A DNA stretch of 64,000 bases from Lytechinus pictus. Lineage: Eukaryota. Both the position numbers and the translations under genes were made by a program. Below the pieces are notes generated by a model that was not told the DNA's origin, did not search any database, and saw only the letters and a list, made by a program, of their open reading frames with translations. This document shows, piece after piece, positions 26,421 through 38,280 of the stretch (positions are counted from its first letter, which is position 1; each line of letters starts with the position of its first letter). The stretch covers positions 27,654,001-27,718,000 of the forward strand of contig NC_087250.1 in the NCBI RefSeq assembly GCF_037042905.1. Reading direction: 5' to 3'.

Positions 26421-28632
26421 GTTGATTTCATTGTTTTTTTAGTCTGTGGTAAAAAAAAAAAAAAAAAAAAAGAACGGAAAGGGGTCAAAACTGCATGAAA
26501 TTTAAGTTTCGTAATGTACACAATCCCCCCTCATGAAGTTAGATTAAAATAAGATAAAATCTCGTAAATAATGGTGTTTAATAGGGTTCTTGTTTAGTCT
26601 ACATTCATATGTCAATATAAAGGGAAAGGGATAATGTTTCCCGTATAATTCTTTTTTTGCCAATTAAATATTCTCTAGTCATGTATAACAAAATAGGTGA
26701 GATTTTTTCAAAAATATTTAGCACACGGTATATTCATCAGATTCCTGAAAGTATTGCATCATATTATTTATTTCAATCAGTTCATTTTTCTTCGCTTGTA
26801 CAACTTTTACTTTATCCTCATATCGCTTAATATTTTCAACATAGATTACTGATTAATTGTTTCCCTACACGAATAATATCATCTTACACATTGGCTACCT
26901 GACTATCAAATCTTAAGTAACAATAATATGGAAGTGAAACATTTTTTTTAAATAGTTATTTGTGTCGACGTTCTGTAATGATGTATTCGCACCTACACTG
27001 TTAGAAAAATTTCCGTTTTTTAACGGAAAAAGTCCGGCAGCAAAATTTCCGGACTTTTTTTTTTTTCCGTAAATTTACAGAAAGTGGTAATTTATGGAAA
27101 AGTTCTGTAAAATATACAAGATTCCGTAAATTACAATTCTTGAAAATACGGACTTTATTTACGGAAACTTTACAGAAAATTTACATAAATTAACATGATT
27201 CCGTAAAAATAATTAACGGAAAAAAAAAATTTGTCCGGAAATTTTGCTGCCGGAAATTTTTTTTTTTGTCCGTAATTTTACGGATTCCTTTTCCGTAAAA
27301 TTACCGTACTTTTACAAAATTCCCATATAAATACGGATTTTATTTACGGAAATTTTACAGAAAATTTACGTGAATTAACATGATTCCGTATAAATAATTA
27401 ACGGAAAAAAAAAAATTGTCCGGAAATTTTGCTGCCGGAATTTTTTTTTTTTGTCCGTAATTTTACGGATTCCTTTTCCGTAAAATTACCGTACTTTTAC
27501 AAAATTCCCATGTAAAATACGGATTTTATTTACGGAAATTTTACTGAAAATTTACGTGAATTAACATGATTCCGTATAAATAATTAACGGGGAAAAAAAA
27601 TTTGTCCGGAAATTTTGCTGCCGGAATTTTTTTTTTAAATCCGTAATTTTACGGATTCCTTTTCCGTAAAATTACCGTACTTTTACAAAATTCCCATGTA
27701 AATTTACACATTTCCGTAAAAAAACAAGTTTACAGAATTCTTAAATTTTTTACAGATATTTTTTAATCAGTAGATACCTTACAATAGGAACGCTGATTTG
27801 CTATTTAAACATGTACTCCCAAACACATGGTAGATTGTATGAATGCATTCACTTAAGGCCTGAACAAAAATTGTGTTGCCCTTTTCTGACCTGGACAAAT
27901 CGGGCCAGCTTTTTTCAATAATTTTTTTCATACTAAGCTTACTATTTCTAGAATAAAACATGGCAACAGTGATTGTGTCTCGCCCACTCATGAAAATAAC
28001 CAGAAATATTGTGATTTGCGAGGGCACACAACATAATTGTATTGAAACTTCATTGTGAAATGACTGGGATGGAATAACACTTGTCATAAGAGCCTTGCAC
28101 ATAAACTTTAATGTTGACCTGTAAATTCAATTCAATTCAAAATGGTTTATTAAAAATCCTTTCTTTGCGGCAAATGCCGAATTGCGAAAATTTACATTTC
28201 AAACAAAATCATCAATAACAAGGTAAAAAACTTATAGTACTACGAACAAATTTCAATATAGACATATGTAACAAAGTATATCATAAATAAATTTAAATCG
28301 ATACTCACTGATCAATAAAAAAAATTGAAAAATATTCAAAATACATGTAAATATGAGTGGATAGAGGAAATGAATTGGAAAGCAGAAAGGAATAGAAATA
28401 GTGGAAGAGAGAAGAGAGGCAGAGAGAGAGAGAGAGAGAGGAGAAGAAATTGATGGTGGAAGGGAAACAGAGAGAAAAGGGCGAAGAAGCAATTAGGTCA
28501 CATTTTTTCATACATGCTGCAATAATACATATTTTGGCAATTTTTGTGACTTCAATTCAAATATTAAGTTTACGACTAGATATCAGTGAATAATTGCTCA
28601 TATGAAAGAAAAATATTTTGATTAACAAAGTA

Positions 28633-29735
28633 AAATGAAATGAAATGAAATGAAACTTGAGTTCGCCAACATAAAGAGAACTCAACATTAGAATTAGTAT
28701 GTAATCTGCATTTTATAAAAAAAAATCTTTTAATGATATCACATTTTAAGAGTCCAATGAATGATGAGTTCTTTAATTCTCAGCCATTCGTAGTTTGATA
28801 TTATTATACATGTAACGATAGGGGAAGATATATACAAAAAAAAAACAATCCTTGTAATCAATTCTTTTAGAGTTAAAGGTAAATGCTAGTTTTGGTAACG
28901 ATATCAAAATGAGTTCGTACAGAATCCAATGAAATGACCACCAAAGTGTCTGTTTGTATAAATAAAACATATGAGCCAAAGGATTCTGGAAGAAATTGTG
29001 TAATTGCTGAGAAATCAGCAAATAAGCACAGGATTCGGGTAGAGCGTCGGGCCTTGACATTCGAAGCAATAATTATACACTGTCCCACGTGCGCTTATCT
29101 GTGTTGGGGATCTTCAGCCTGAACATTTTTCAGCGTAGATTTCAAGATTTCACAAAGTTCAGTTTATGTAACTGTACCAGATCTAGATCCTCGATGATAT
29201 ACTGACAATTAAGCCTTGTTTTACAGACTTTCTCATGAAATCAGCGTTTACTGCAACTACTGGAATTTCTCTTTAAGGTGCCGAATCAACGAGGGCAAGG
29301 GGCTATTTCTATATCGTGAAGTTCGACATCGCATCTCTACTGTTCCGGCCAAGCTTCTAGTCTGATATTGACAAGTCCTATTTTGAGGTAGAAGGTGATA
29401 CAGTTTAGACGTGGGGATTTGCATAGACTTCGCAAACGCAAGACAAGAGTTTGATCCATCTATCTTCAAGAGACATCAGTTCTGACTGGAGTAAAGCATG
29501 CTCATATGAAGAATATGCTGCTCCAAAAATGATTCTGAGGGCACGTTTCTGAATACGTTCGATGACTTGTACTTGTTGTTTTGTTAGTGCTCCTGACCAT
29601 ACAGGTACAGCATATTCAACAACTGGTCTCACGAAACTAGTATATACAACTATAAGGTCCTGAAATTACAGACTATGATATTTCAAAGTGCGAAGAACAT
29701 ATAAACGACTATGTGTAGACCATTTCAAATCCGAC
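28633..29735 (-). mobile_element. 3' fragment of a CR1-group LINE, interrupted by a Kolobok-like MITE
   Basis: Peptide VYTSFVRPVVEYAVPVWSGALTKQQVQVIERIQKRALRII, typical of the ORF2 post-RT region; (TTTCA)n tail at ~28633-28655. Confidence 0.85.
28877..29272. mobile_element. Kolobok-like MITE
   Basis: TTAA|AGGTAAATGCTAGT...ACTGGAATTTCTCT|TTAA; cuts the LINE reading frame. Confidence 0.7.
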
Positions 29736-30570
29736 TGGATTGCTACGATGCAGTGACACATCATGGAGTGAGAGCACCGTCGGGTTTGGTACATTTCTAC
29801 AAAAACTTATGTCCATTGTGGAACACTTTGACCTTACCATGTGACCTCCGACTGCAGCATAACATGCAGGTCGCCTAAGTACATCTACCATCCAAGTTTG
29901 GTTGAAAAGTGACTTACGGTTGCAGAGTTAGGTGTGCTGCCAGGCCATCTGGCAACGATGCTTGTTATTTTCCCAGCCTGATCACAAACAACCTAGCAGA
30001 AGAAAAAAGAGGAATATCAAATCTTACATTCATAACTGTCTCTATATCGTTCTGGGCACTTAATTTTCAATTTTCTTTGGGACATCCAATGGGAGCACAC
30101 AACAATTGAGTTTTGCAAGTTTATCACATATTTGGAATGCAATTTTAACATGCATGCACATAAAAATTATTGGTGTGCTTTCCATGTTAGGTTGATTTAT
30201 CCAACAATCACCCCACCCATCCACTGCTTCCATTGCTCAGTACTTGCAAAAAAAAAAAATATGCTACAGAATTAACTACTCATTTTAAAAATTGCCCAAT
30301 CAAATACGAATCGAATAATTACTATAAATGAAACTGAAGTGATAGGAAATCCTAGGAAAGAAAATTAATGTCACATTCTTTTTTTTGGCCAAACTTTATA
30401 CAAAATAGTACATTGTTCTAGTTATAGTAATTTAAGTGGCTTTCACATTTGCTTGTATTAGCAATTGCAATCATTTGATCACAATATATGTCGCACACAA
30501 TCACAAAGCTTGCAAGCAGTCTCAGCACTAATTGTGAAAAGGGCCTAAGAAAGGGTATAATTAATCTAAC

Positions 30571-33445
30571 CTGAACATTGATCGAGTATCTATTCTTCCT
30601 GTTGAGGAAGTATATTGCCTGATCCCCACCAGGGCTCCTGATGTAGACATGTGTCCCATCAATTGCACCTATCACTCCTGGAAATCTGCAGTACTGGAAG
30701 AACTGTCGCTGAGTTGCTTCAACTTCTTCTCTTGTCGAAGGTAACTAAACTTCATGTATTGCCTCTTCCTTCTTGCTATAGCTTCTGACACATCTTTGAT
30801 GATTCGACACATCGATGACTGTGATATTGCTGCCTCATCACCATGCATCTTTTGAAATGATCCTGTAAAATCAAACAAACCATATGGTTGATAGGTCATT
30901 GTTTCGAGGTAATTTTAAAACATTTCATTGAAGCACATACAGATGATACTTCTGATGACAAAAAAAATTAAGCACATATTTCATAAGAATATTCATCTTT
31001 TACAAATATCAGACAATTTTCTGCAATTCATTTTAACAAGTGGAAGGCCTCTTGCAGTGTCGCCATCATACGCGATTCGATATAGCAGTAGTACTGACTT
31101 CAAAAACAGCTATTGAATAATGTTTATTTTCTGCCCCGTGCTTTTGACTTTTTACCTTGATGTTTTTGCACATCTATTGATAAAAGTTCGAAAAAATTGG
31201 TCAGTACCCCCAAAGTGTACCACTATATAACATGGCGCGCAACATACATGGTATTTCCCATACATAGTAGATGTCTATGTGTGATCATTCACATGATTAT
31301 AATTCAAATAAAAAAACATTTCTAAATATTCATTTGGAACTTATGATAATCATGTGGAAACCAACTCGCATATCTAATGAGCTGTGACCTTTGACCTGCG
31401 GACTCCGAATTCGAACTGAGCCTGTATTTTGGTGTCCTAAACCTACACACCAAATTTTTTTTATCCATTAAATATTTTTTTACTTATTGCGCGGAAACCA
31501 AGTGGGGGGGGGGGGGGGGGGCGGACGGACAGGGGCAATGCATGACCATCCAGACGCCATTTTGTAAATTTCTAGTCCATTTGCATACTATTCCTAATCC
31601 CATCCTTACTCTCTTATCCTGCACGCTACACACTTCTAACAAATTGCTGTAGATTGTTTAAGAGTTGCTCTTCATATGAAAATATGACTTGCCCTTGAAA
31701 ATGCCGTCTTCATGCCCTAAATTCAAATCCGAAATAGTCTACATTAAAAAAATTCATATTTATTGAAATGTAAAGTAGGAAAATCATAAAATGGCCGTAA
31801 CTTCCTTGTTTTTATTCATTTCGGTCTGATTTGGGAACATCTTCCTTATTCATCTGTTTTTACGCATCAGTGACCATTACCTTTAGAAATAGCGCCCTCT
31901 ATTGCAAAGTGGAAAAATAGTAAAATGGCCATCACTTACTTGTTTTCATTTATTTTAGTTTCATATTTTCAGGGTTGACTTATGATAGTCCAAATTCAAT
32001 TGTTTTTTTTTTCATTTTACACATCAATGACCATTATCTTAAAAAATAGCGCCCTCTAAATAGAGGGCGCTATTTTGCAATATTGCAAACTAAAGAAATA
32101 TTATAATGGCCATGACGATAAGTTCCTTGTTTTCATTTATTTCGGTCTCATATTTTCAGGGTATGCTTATGGCATCATCCCTCATAATCCATGTTTTTTT
32201 ACGCACATCAGTGACCATTACCTTTAAGAAATAGCGCTCTCTATTAAAAAGTTGGAAAACAGTAAAATGGCCATCACTTCCTTGTTTCCATTTATCTTGG
32301 TATCACTTTTTTAGGGTTTGCTAATGGCATCATCCCTCATATGCAAAATGTTTTTTTTACGCATCAGTGACCATTGCCTATAAAAATAGCGCCCTCTTAA
32401 TATTTTGAAAATGTATATCCTCAGGAGTTTTCTCTTTATCTCCTTCTGTTTCTTGCCCTCCATAATATCACAGGCGTCAATGCATGCACATTGTTCTGAT
32501 ACGATTGCAGCTCTAGTTTTTTTTGTGTATGTTCATCTCGAGTTGTTATCTATGTGCCAAATTTCATAGCTTTTCATTGCAACACAGCCAAGTTTCGGGG
32601 GGGGGGGTGGGGGTGATCTGCCAATTTAGGGTTAATGACGAATTTATAACTCTAACCTGACATAACAGTTCTAACAGCAGAAACAGCAGAGCTTCACTCC
32701 TGCTGTGGTAGTTTTGGAATTTTTAAGTATGCAATTCATAGGTACTTGACTGTTTGCTAAAATGATACTCTTACTTAAGTGATCCCTCTCTGATTTCTAG
32801 ATATTGTCATCATCATCAACTTTGTCTGGAGTCCTAAAATTAATAGAAACAACCTCAGTCAAATAGACTTAACAGTGCCCAGAAACATTCAATAATCGTT
32901 TAATTCAATTACTCACCCACTGCATGAAAACGGAGAGCCGTCAACACCTGCAAATAAACGGGAAGTGGATCATTCCTCTGTGTGTCCCTCTTCAATTCGG
33001 CTTCCAGCATGTTGATGATGTAAATGACGGTTTCTTTTGACAGTCGATACCGATCTCGAAATGGCCCATCCTCGTACGATTCCGATGGATTTCTAGCATC
33101 CCGTAGCCCACGACGTGGTCTTGGCAAAGGTAGCTGTACATGTATGCAGAAGAGTTGAATATTATTTTTAATTCTTTTATTTTGTGATCTTTATAAACGT
33201 TCCAAACAGTGAACATGTGCATGTAGATTTGATTACACATCTACCAACATAATAACTGCAATCTTAATTGTCTTCCCAAGATTAACAAAAATTACATTCA
33301 ATATGTTATTTCAAGTTTTCATTTTTGTTATCTCATCAAATCATTTCAATAATACTTTTAAACAAATTAAAACAATGTAAACCAAATTTATCAATCATAC
33401 CTCTCTTAGCAATTCAATGTTGTGAAGGTGATGGAGATAATCCAT
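30571..33445 (-). pseudogene. PIF/Harbinger transposase (HARBI1-like) pseudogene fragment, 3 exons: 33445-33401, 33133-32917, 30862-30571
   Basis: GT-AG introns with compatible phases (0, 1). Motifs FRDRYRLSK, LQVLTALRFHAVGSFQ, ISQSSMCR, FPGVIGAIDGTH and NRKNRYSINVQ. 5-bp frameshift near 30745; C-terminal exons not found. Confidence 0.85.
31540..32516 (+). mobile_element. Non-autonomous repeat with ~140-190-bp internal tandem units, possibly Helitron/Helentron-derived
   Basis: Four units with ca(g/a)tgaccatt..aaatagcgc(c/t)ctct; ends in CTAG followed by a T run. Confidence 0.45.
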
Positions 33446-34580
33446 GGGTATAGGTAGATGTCAACCGACGACGTAATTCTGTGAAACAATTGTCAAATAA
33501 CAACACAAACATTATTTTTTAATAAATACCGGTAGGCAAATAATTGGAAACATATACATACAAAAATAATTCATTGGTTTATCACTTTATACAGATCTCA
33601 TAGTGAATGATAAATAAAACAAAAACATTGTAAATCATTTGTGCGAGATGCCTTTAAAAATTAAAGTTTTTTTTTGGGGGGGCGCTATATTTTCTCTATT
33701 TGCAAGTGATATGAAAAAGATTTTAGAACGAAAATTTAAGTTATCAACTCTTTAATATTTCAGCCTCTAAAAATTGGCCTGTGCCGAAAGCAAAAGAAAG
33801 GTATATTTTTAAATGCAATTTAGGCAAATTGAAAAAAAAAAGCATTTCTTTCTCCTCTTTAAATGCATCAAATAGTACAAAAATATATGGGGTCTTCGGA
33901 AATTTTATTTGATCTATGAGAAGCAAGTTCCCATAGAAGAATAATTACAGCTGAGAACAAATTTTGCTTTCTACTATATGGTCAACATATAGTCAATAGA
34001 CCAGCATGTTTCCACTTATATTGCACTTTCATTTGACCGGCATGTTTCCATTTTCATTACAGTGGACATTGTATAATAATTTAATGAAACACAAGTGAAG
34101 ACTCTTTAATTGATATGTAATGGGAGAAATAGACTGAGGACAAAATAAAAGACCTGTTCTAAAACAAACAATTTAATCAAATAATTGGAATGTAGCAATC
34201 ATCATTATAAAAATTTAAGCTTGAAAAGAGAATCATTTAATTATAGATAAACCCACAGAGCTGTAAGAAACTTCAACCCGGGCTTCAACCCTTCACAATC
34301 ACATGCACACTGTCACTAAACCCATGCCCACACGTCCAGAGGACACATGTACAGCACGCTTCGCATTACCTAAAGCGATGTTCGTGCAGGCTCCACTCCA
34401 CTTCACTACCGCTACACTGTACGCTCCAACAAGGTCGTCTACATCGCTTGAGCTGAGGTAGCTTCGCATCACACATACACACATGGAACACACTGTCTTA
34501 ACTGAATTATCAGTGAATGGCTAAGAATGGAAACCCGTCGGTCGCTAGCCAGCACTAAGTCATTACTACATGTAGATCTA

Positions 34581-35097
34581 CCTCGAGCGAAGTTCGTGCA
34601 GGCTCCACTTCACTACCGCTAGTGACAAAGGTGGGATGGAAATGTTATTTATTGTAAAAATTATAGAAAAAAATAAAACGAGGAAAAAAAACATTTTCCC
34701 ATACTCGTAGAATATTTTTGGTATTTTCTGAACCATCCAATAATAATATAAATATTTATGCTGTTTGACCTGCGACCGATCGCATGCGATGATTTTAAAT
34801 CGGCCATGAATAGTGACGTGTGAGGAAATAGATACTGGCTCAAAATCAACAATTTAGAGGATAACCAGAGGATGGACACGGAGTGAAATACGGGTAAGAA
34901 AGAGTAAGAAATTAAGCCTTTTTTCTTTCTCTTTATATTTTTTGTTATGATTTTTACAATAAATAACATTTCCATCGGCCACCCCACCTTTGTCACTCGG
35001 AATATCCGATCGAGTTCACCGTCCCGAAGTTTGGGTAGGTGGAGTGTAGTGTAGCGGTAGTGAAGTGGAGTGGAGCCTGCACGAACTTCGCTCGAGG
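34581..35097. mobile_element. Nested inverted-repeat elements
   Basis: Outer IR CCTCGAGCGAAGTTCGTGCAGGCTCCACT (34581 / 35097); inner IR AGTGACAAAGGTGGG..GATGGAAATGTTATTTATTGTAAAAA (34621 / 34997). Confidence 0.75.
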
Positions 35098-35128
35098 TGT
35101 ACTAGATCTAACTAACTGTAGTTGACAT

Positions 35129-35795
35129 TGGGTGATTTCAAGTTCGGTGTTGGTGTTGAGAGCGTAAAAAGGCCGCTGAACCGAGCTCCAACACCGAGCT
35201 GGGACTGGGTTCAGAGGAATGATACCAATTGCGTTATCGATAGCACATGACGTCACGCCACTGCGCTGCGAAATCATCTCAACTTCACGCGAGAAGTCTC
35301 AACGACGAAAATGAAATCGGAAAGAAATGCATTAAATTCTCATCGTACAGAATACATGTACCAATGTTTTAATTAATTCAAGAATTCGAAAGAGTGAACA
35401 TTATTCTTTATCAAAATATATACAGCTCAAATGATTTGTTCTGTACTAGCTCATCTTAACTGTAAAAGCTAATTAAAAGTAATTTTACGGGGATGTTTCA
35501 TCGTGTTTGCCGCCTGTTCACGAGCTTGAGATTGCCAACACCAACACCGAACTTGAAACCATGATTTTCCCAATCCCTGGGGGTTGGTGTTGGTGAATGG
35601 GGAAATTGCACGTAGATCGTCAACACCAGCCGCAGTGCTGGGTTCAGCAGACGACATTCAACACGAACTGCCGGAAATACGTCATATTTTCCAAGGTCAA
35701 TCCCAACACCAGCCTGATTTCAAGTACGGTGTTGTGGCGTTGTCACAACACCAACACCAGATTTCAACACCGTAGGCTTGAGTTGAAATCACCCA
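35129..35795. mobile_element. TIR element with a 7-bp TSD
   Basis: TTGACAT|TGGGTGATTTCAA...TTGAAATCACCCA|TTGACAT, with internal CAACACC repeats. Confidence 0.8.
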
Positions 35796-38280
35796 TTGAC
35801 ATGATTGACATTGTCATTGATTTGATTTACTCATTGATTTAGTCATAATCTAATCTAGGCCCGGCCTAGGTACCCCTTTAAATAAGTTTAATTGCACAAA
35901 TTTAATATTTTGAGGTTTATATTTTCATCTTGACATTTACAAATGAAGATACAAATGAATATATAAATGGCATCATAATATAAATATCCTTGTGAAGCTC
36001 ATAAAACAAGCTTGGCCCACGGCTTCGCACCTTCGATTCAATTCGTTCAACCACAGTGTCAAAATATCCAACACTCAAATGCACCAATGGGACTGTAGCA
36101 GCGCGTACGCGACGATACATTGCATCGTCTGGACTTGTCAATGCCAAAACCTTGTTCGTAATCATGAAAACCAACACTATTCATTTCATATAACTGCATA
36201 AAACGTATCAATATATTCCAGAGAAGCACAGCAGAAATTTCTTTTACGAATTCAAAGCAAAATACTTACGAATTTCTGATCAAGAAGATCACTTGACACA
36301 TCCAAGACCGCAAGGAAAATTCTCTTTGCTTCGCGGGCTTTTCACAAACTTCTCAAGTGCGCATGCTCGAAAAAGAAAACTTATCATTAACTTGATTTTT
36401 CTGTAAATTTTACAAAGTTTCCGTAGAAATTGCACTTTGCACATATTACGAATTAATCTGTTAAAATCGTGTCTGTAAACTTACATCTACTTTACAGTAA
36501 ATTTACAAAGATGTATCGTAAACGTCTCCTTACGTCAGTAAATTTACCATTATAACCTGATTTTTCTGTAAATTTTACAAATTTTCCGAAGAAATTGCAC
36601 TTTACACATTATTACAAATTAATCTGTTAAATCTTGTACATAAACTTACATCTACTTTACAGTAAATTTACAAGATGTATCGTAAACGTCTCCTTTCAAT
36701 AATGATCTTCACTACAATTACGGACAACGTCAGTAAATTTATCATTAACCTGATTTTTCTGTAAATTCTACAAAGTTTCCGTAGAAATTGCACTTTATCT
36801 GTTAAATCTTGTCCATAAATTTACAGCTACCTTCTAGTAAATTTACAAAGATTTGTACAGTAAACCACTAAATGTCTCCTTTCAAGTTTACGGATATAAG
36901 ATTAACAGATTTATTTGTAATATGTGTAAAGTGGAATTTCTACGGAAATTTGTAAAATTTATACAGAAAAATCAGGTTAATGATAAATTTTCTGACGTTG
37001 TCCGTAAACTTACATCTACTTTACATTAAATTTACAAGATGTACCGTAAACGTCTCCTTTCAATAATGATCTTCTGTACAATTATACGGATAAAAACGTT
37101 TGGAAAATTGATCATTTACCTGATTTTTATGTAATTTTTACAAATTTTCCGTAGAAATTGCACTTTACACGTATTACAAATTAATCTGTTAAATCTTATC
37201 CGTAAACTTACATCTACTTTACAGTAAATTTACAAGATGTATCGTAAACGTCTCCTTTCAATAATGATCTTCTGTACAATTACAGAAAACGTCTGTAAAT
37301 TTGATCATTTACCTGATTATTATGTAATTTTTACGGGTTTTCTGTAGAAATCCGTAAATTTACAATTTTATTCCGTATTTTATCGTTTACGGACGATTTC
37401 TGTTAAATTTTGTCCGTAAAATTACGGCAATTTTTAACAGTGTACTACGTTCAGTTATGTTTATCAACATCATGAAATTATGTCAAATTAATTTCATTAT
37501 AAAGATCATATGTCAATAAAAAAAACACATGATAGGCTAGCGTACCATGCTGTAAATAAATAAAACAGGAATCTATTTTTGTTTAACAGACAGAATTAGA
37601 TAATTTGTCAAATATCTGCCCATAATGTAGCTTTTGTTCGTGGTTTCATGTTAATATAATATTTAACTCGATTCAATCCATTTGTTTATTTCGTTTCTAT
37701 TTTAAATTGTGTTTAGTGTGTAAACTGGAAGTCTATTCCAGAGGCATTAGCTAAAGTGAATATTCTTAAGATGAAAATGGTTGTATTCTTCTGATCATAA
37801 TTGATTCAAATTGTGTGGTTATTCTTATACATCTACCCCCCCCCCATCTCCCTTTTAACCCCTAAATTACCCCCTTGTACTGTGTAATACGACACGGATA
37901 TCCATGTTGCTGCAATAAGTTGTATATAAATCGTTATTGTCTAGGGTGTGTTGTTTTAAGTTAGGAGTATATCATTTTTCAAAAGAAAAAAAATCCAACC
38001 GAATTTATTCTTACAATAATCACCTTTGTACAGGTTAAGTTTAGCTAGGGTTTATGCTTTATTTCAACTATCAATTCAATTGCCCGTTATTGTCTATATA
38101 GTATAGGTTATTGAAAGTTCGTTCCTAAAAATGGAACGGGATATAGTGCTATATGTCTACATTTTCTTCCGGTGATATGTCAGATCTAACGATTTTTCTT
38201 GTTTTTGATTGGCTGAGAAGCGCTGTTACTATGGGTAATGTCAAATGAAACGCTTGACAATCAAAACTTCTTTTTTTTTT

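Larger units (their letters stand above)
26996..37442. mobile_element. Possible 10.4-kb CACTG-terminal (EnSpm/CACTA-like) composite element
   Basis: TA|CACTGTTAGAAAAATTTCCGT...ACGGCAATTTTTAACAGTG|TA. Subterminal TTTACGG/CCGTAAA-rich repeat arrays at 27000-27770 and 36380-37440. Pairing of the two ends is uncertain. Confidence 0.5.

Noticed and set aside
30571..33445. Host HARBI1 ortholog
   Set aside because: Frameshifted, truncated and embedded in TE-rich DNA; orthology cannot be shown without a phylogeny, so no gene symbol was assigned.
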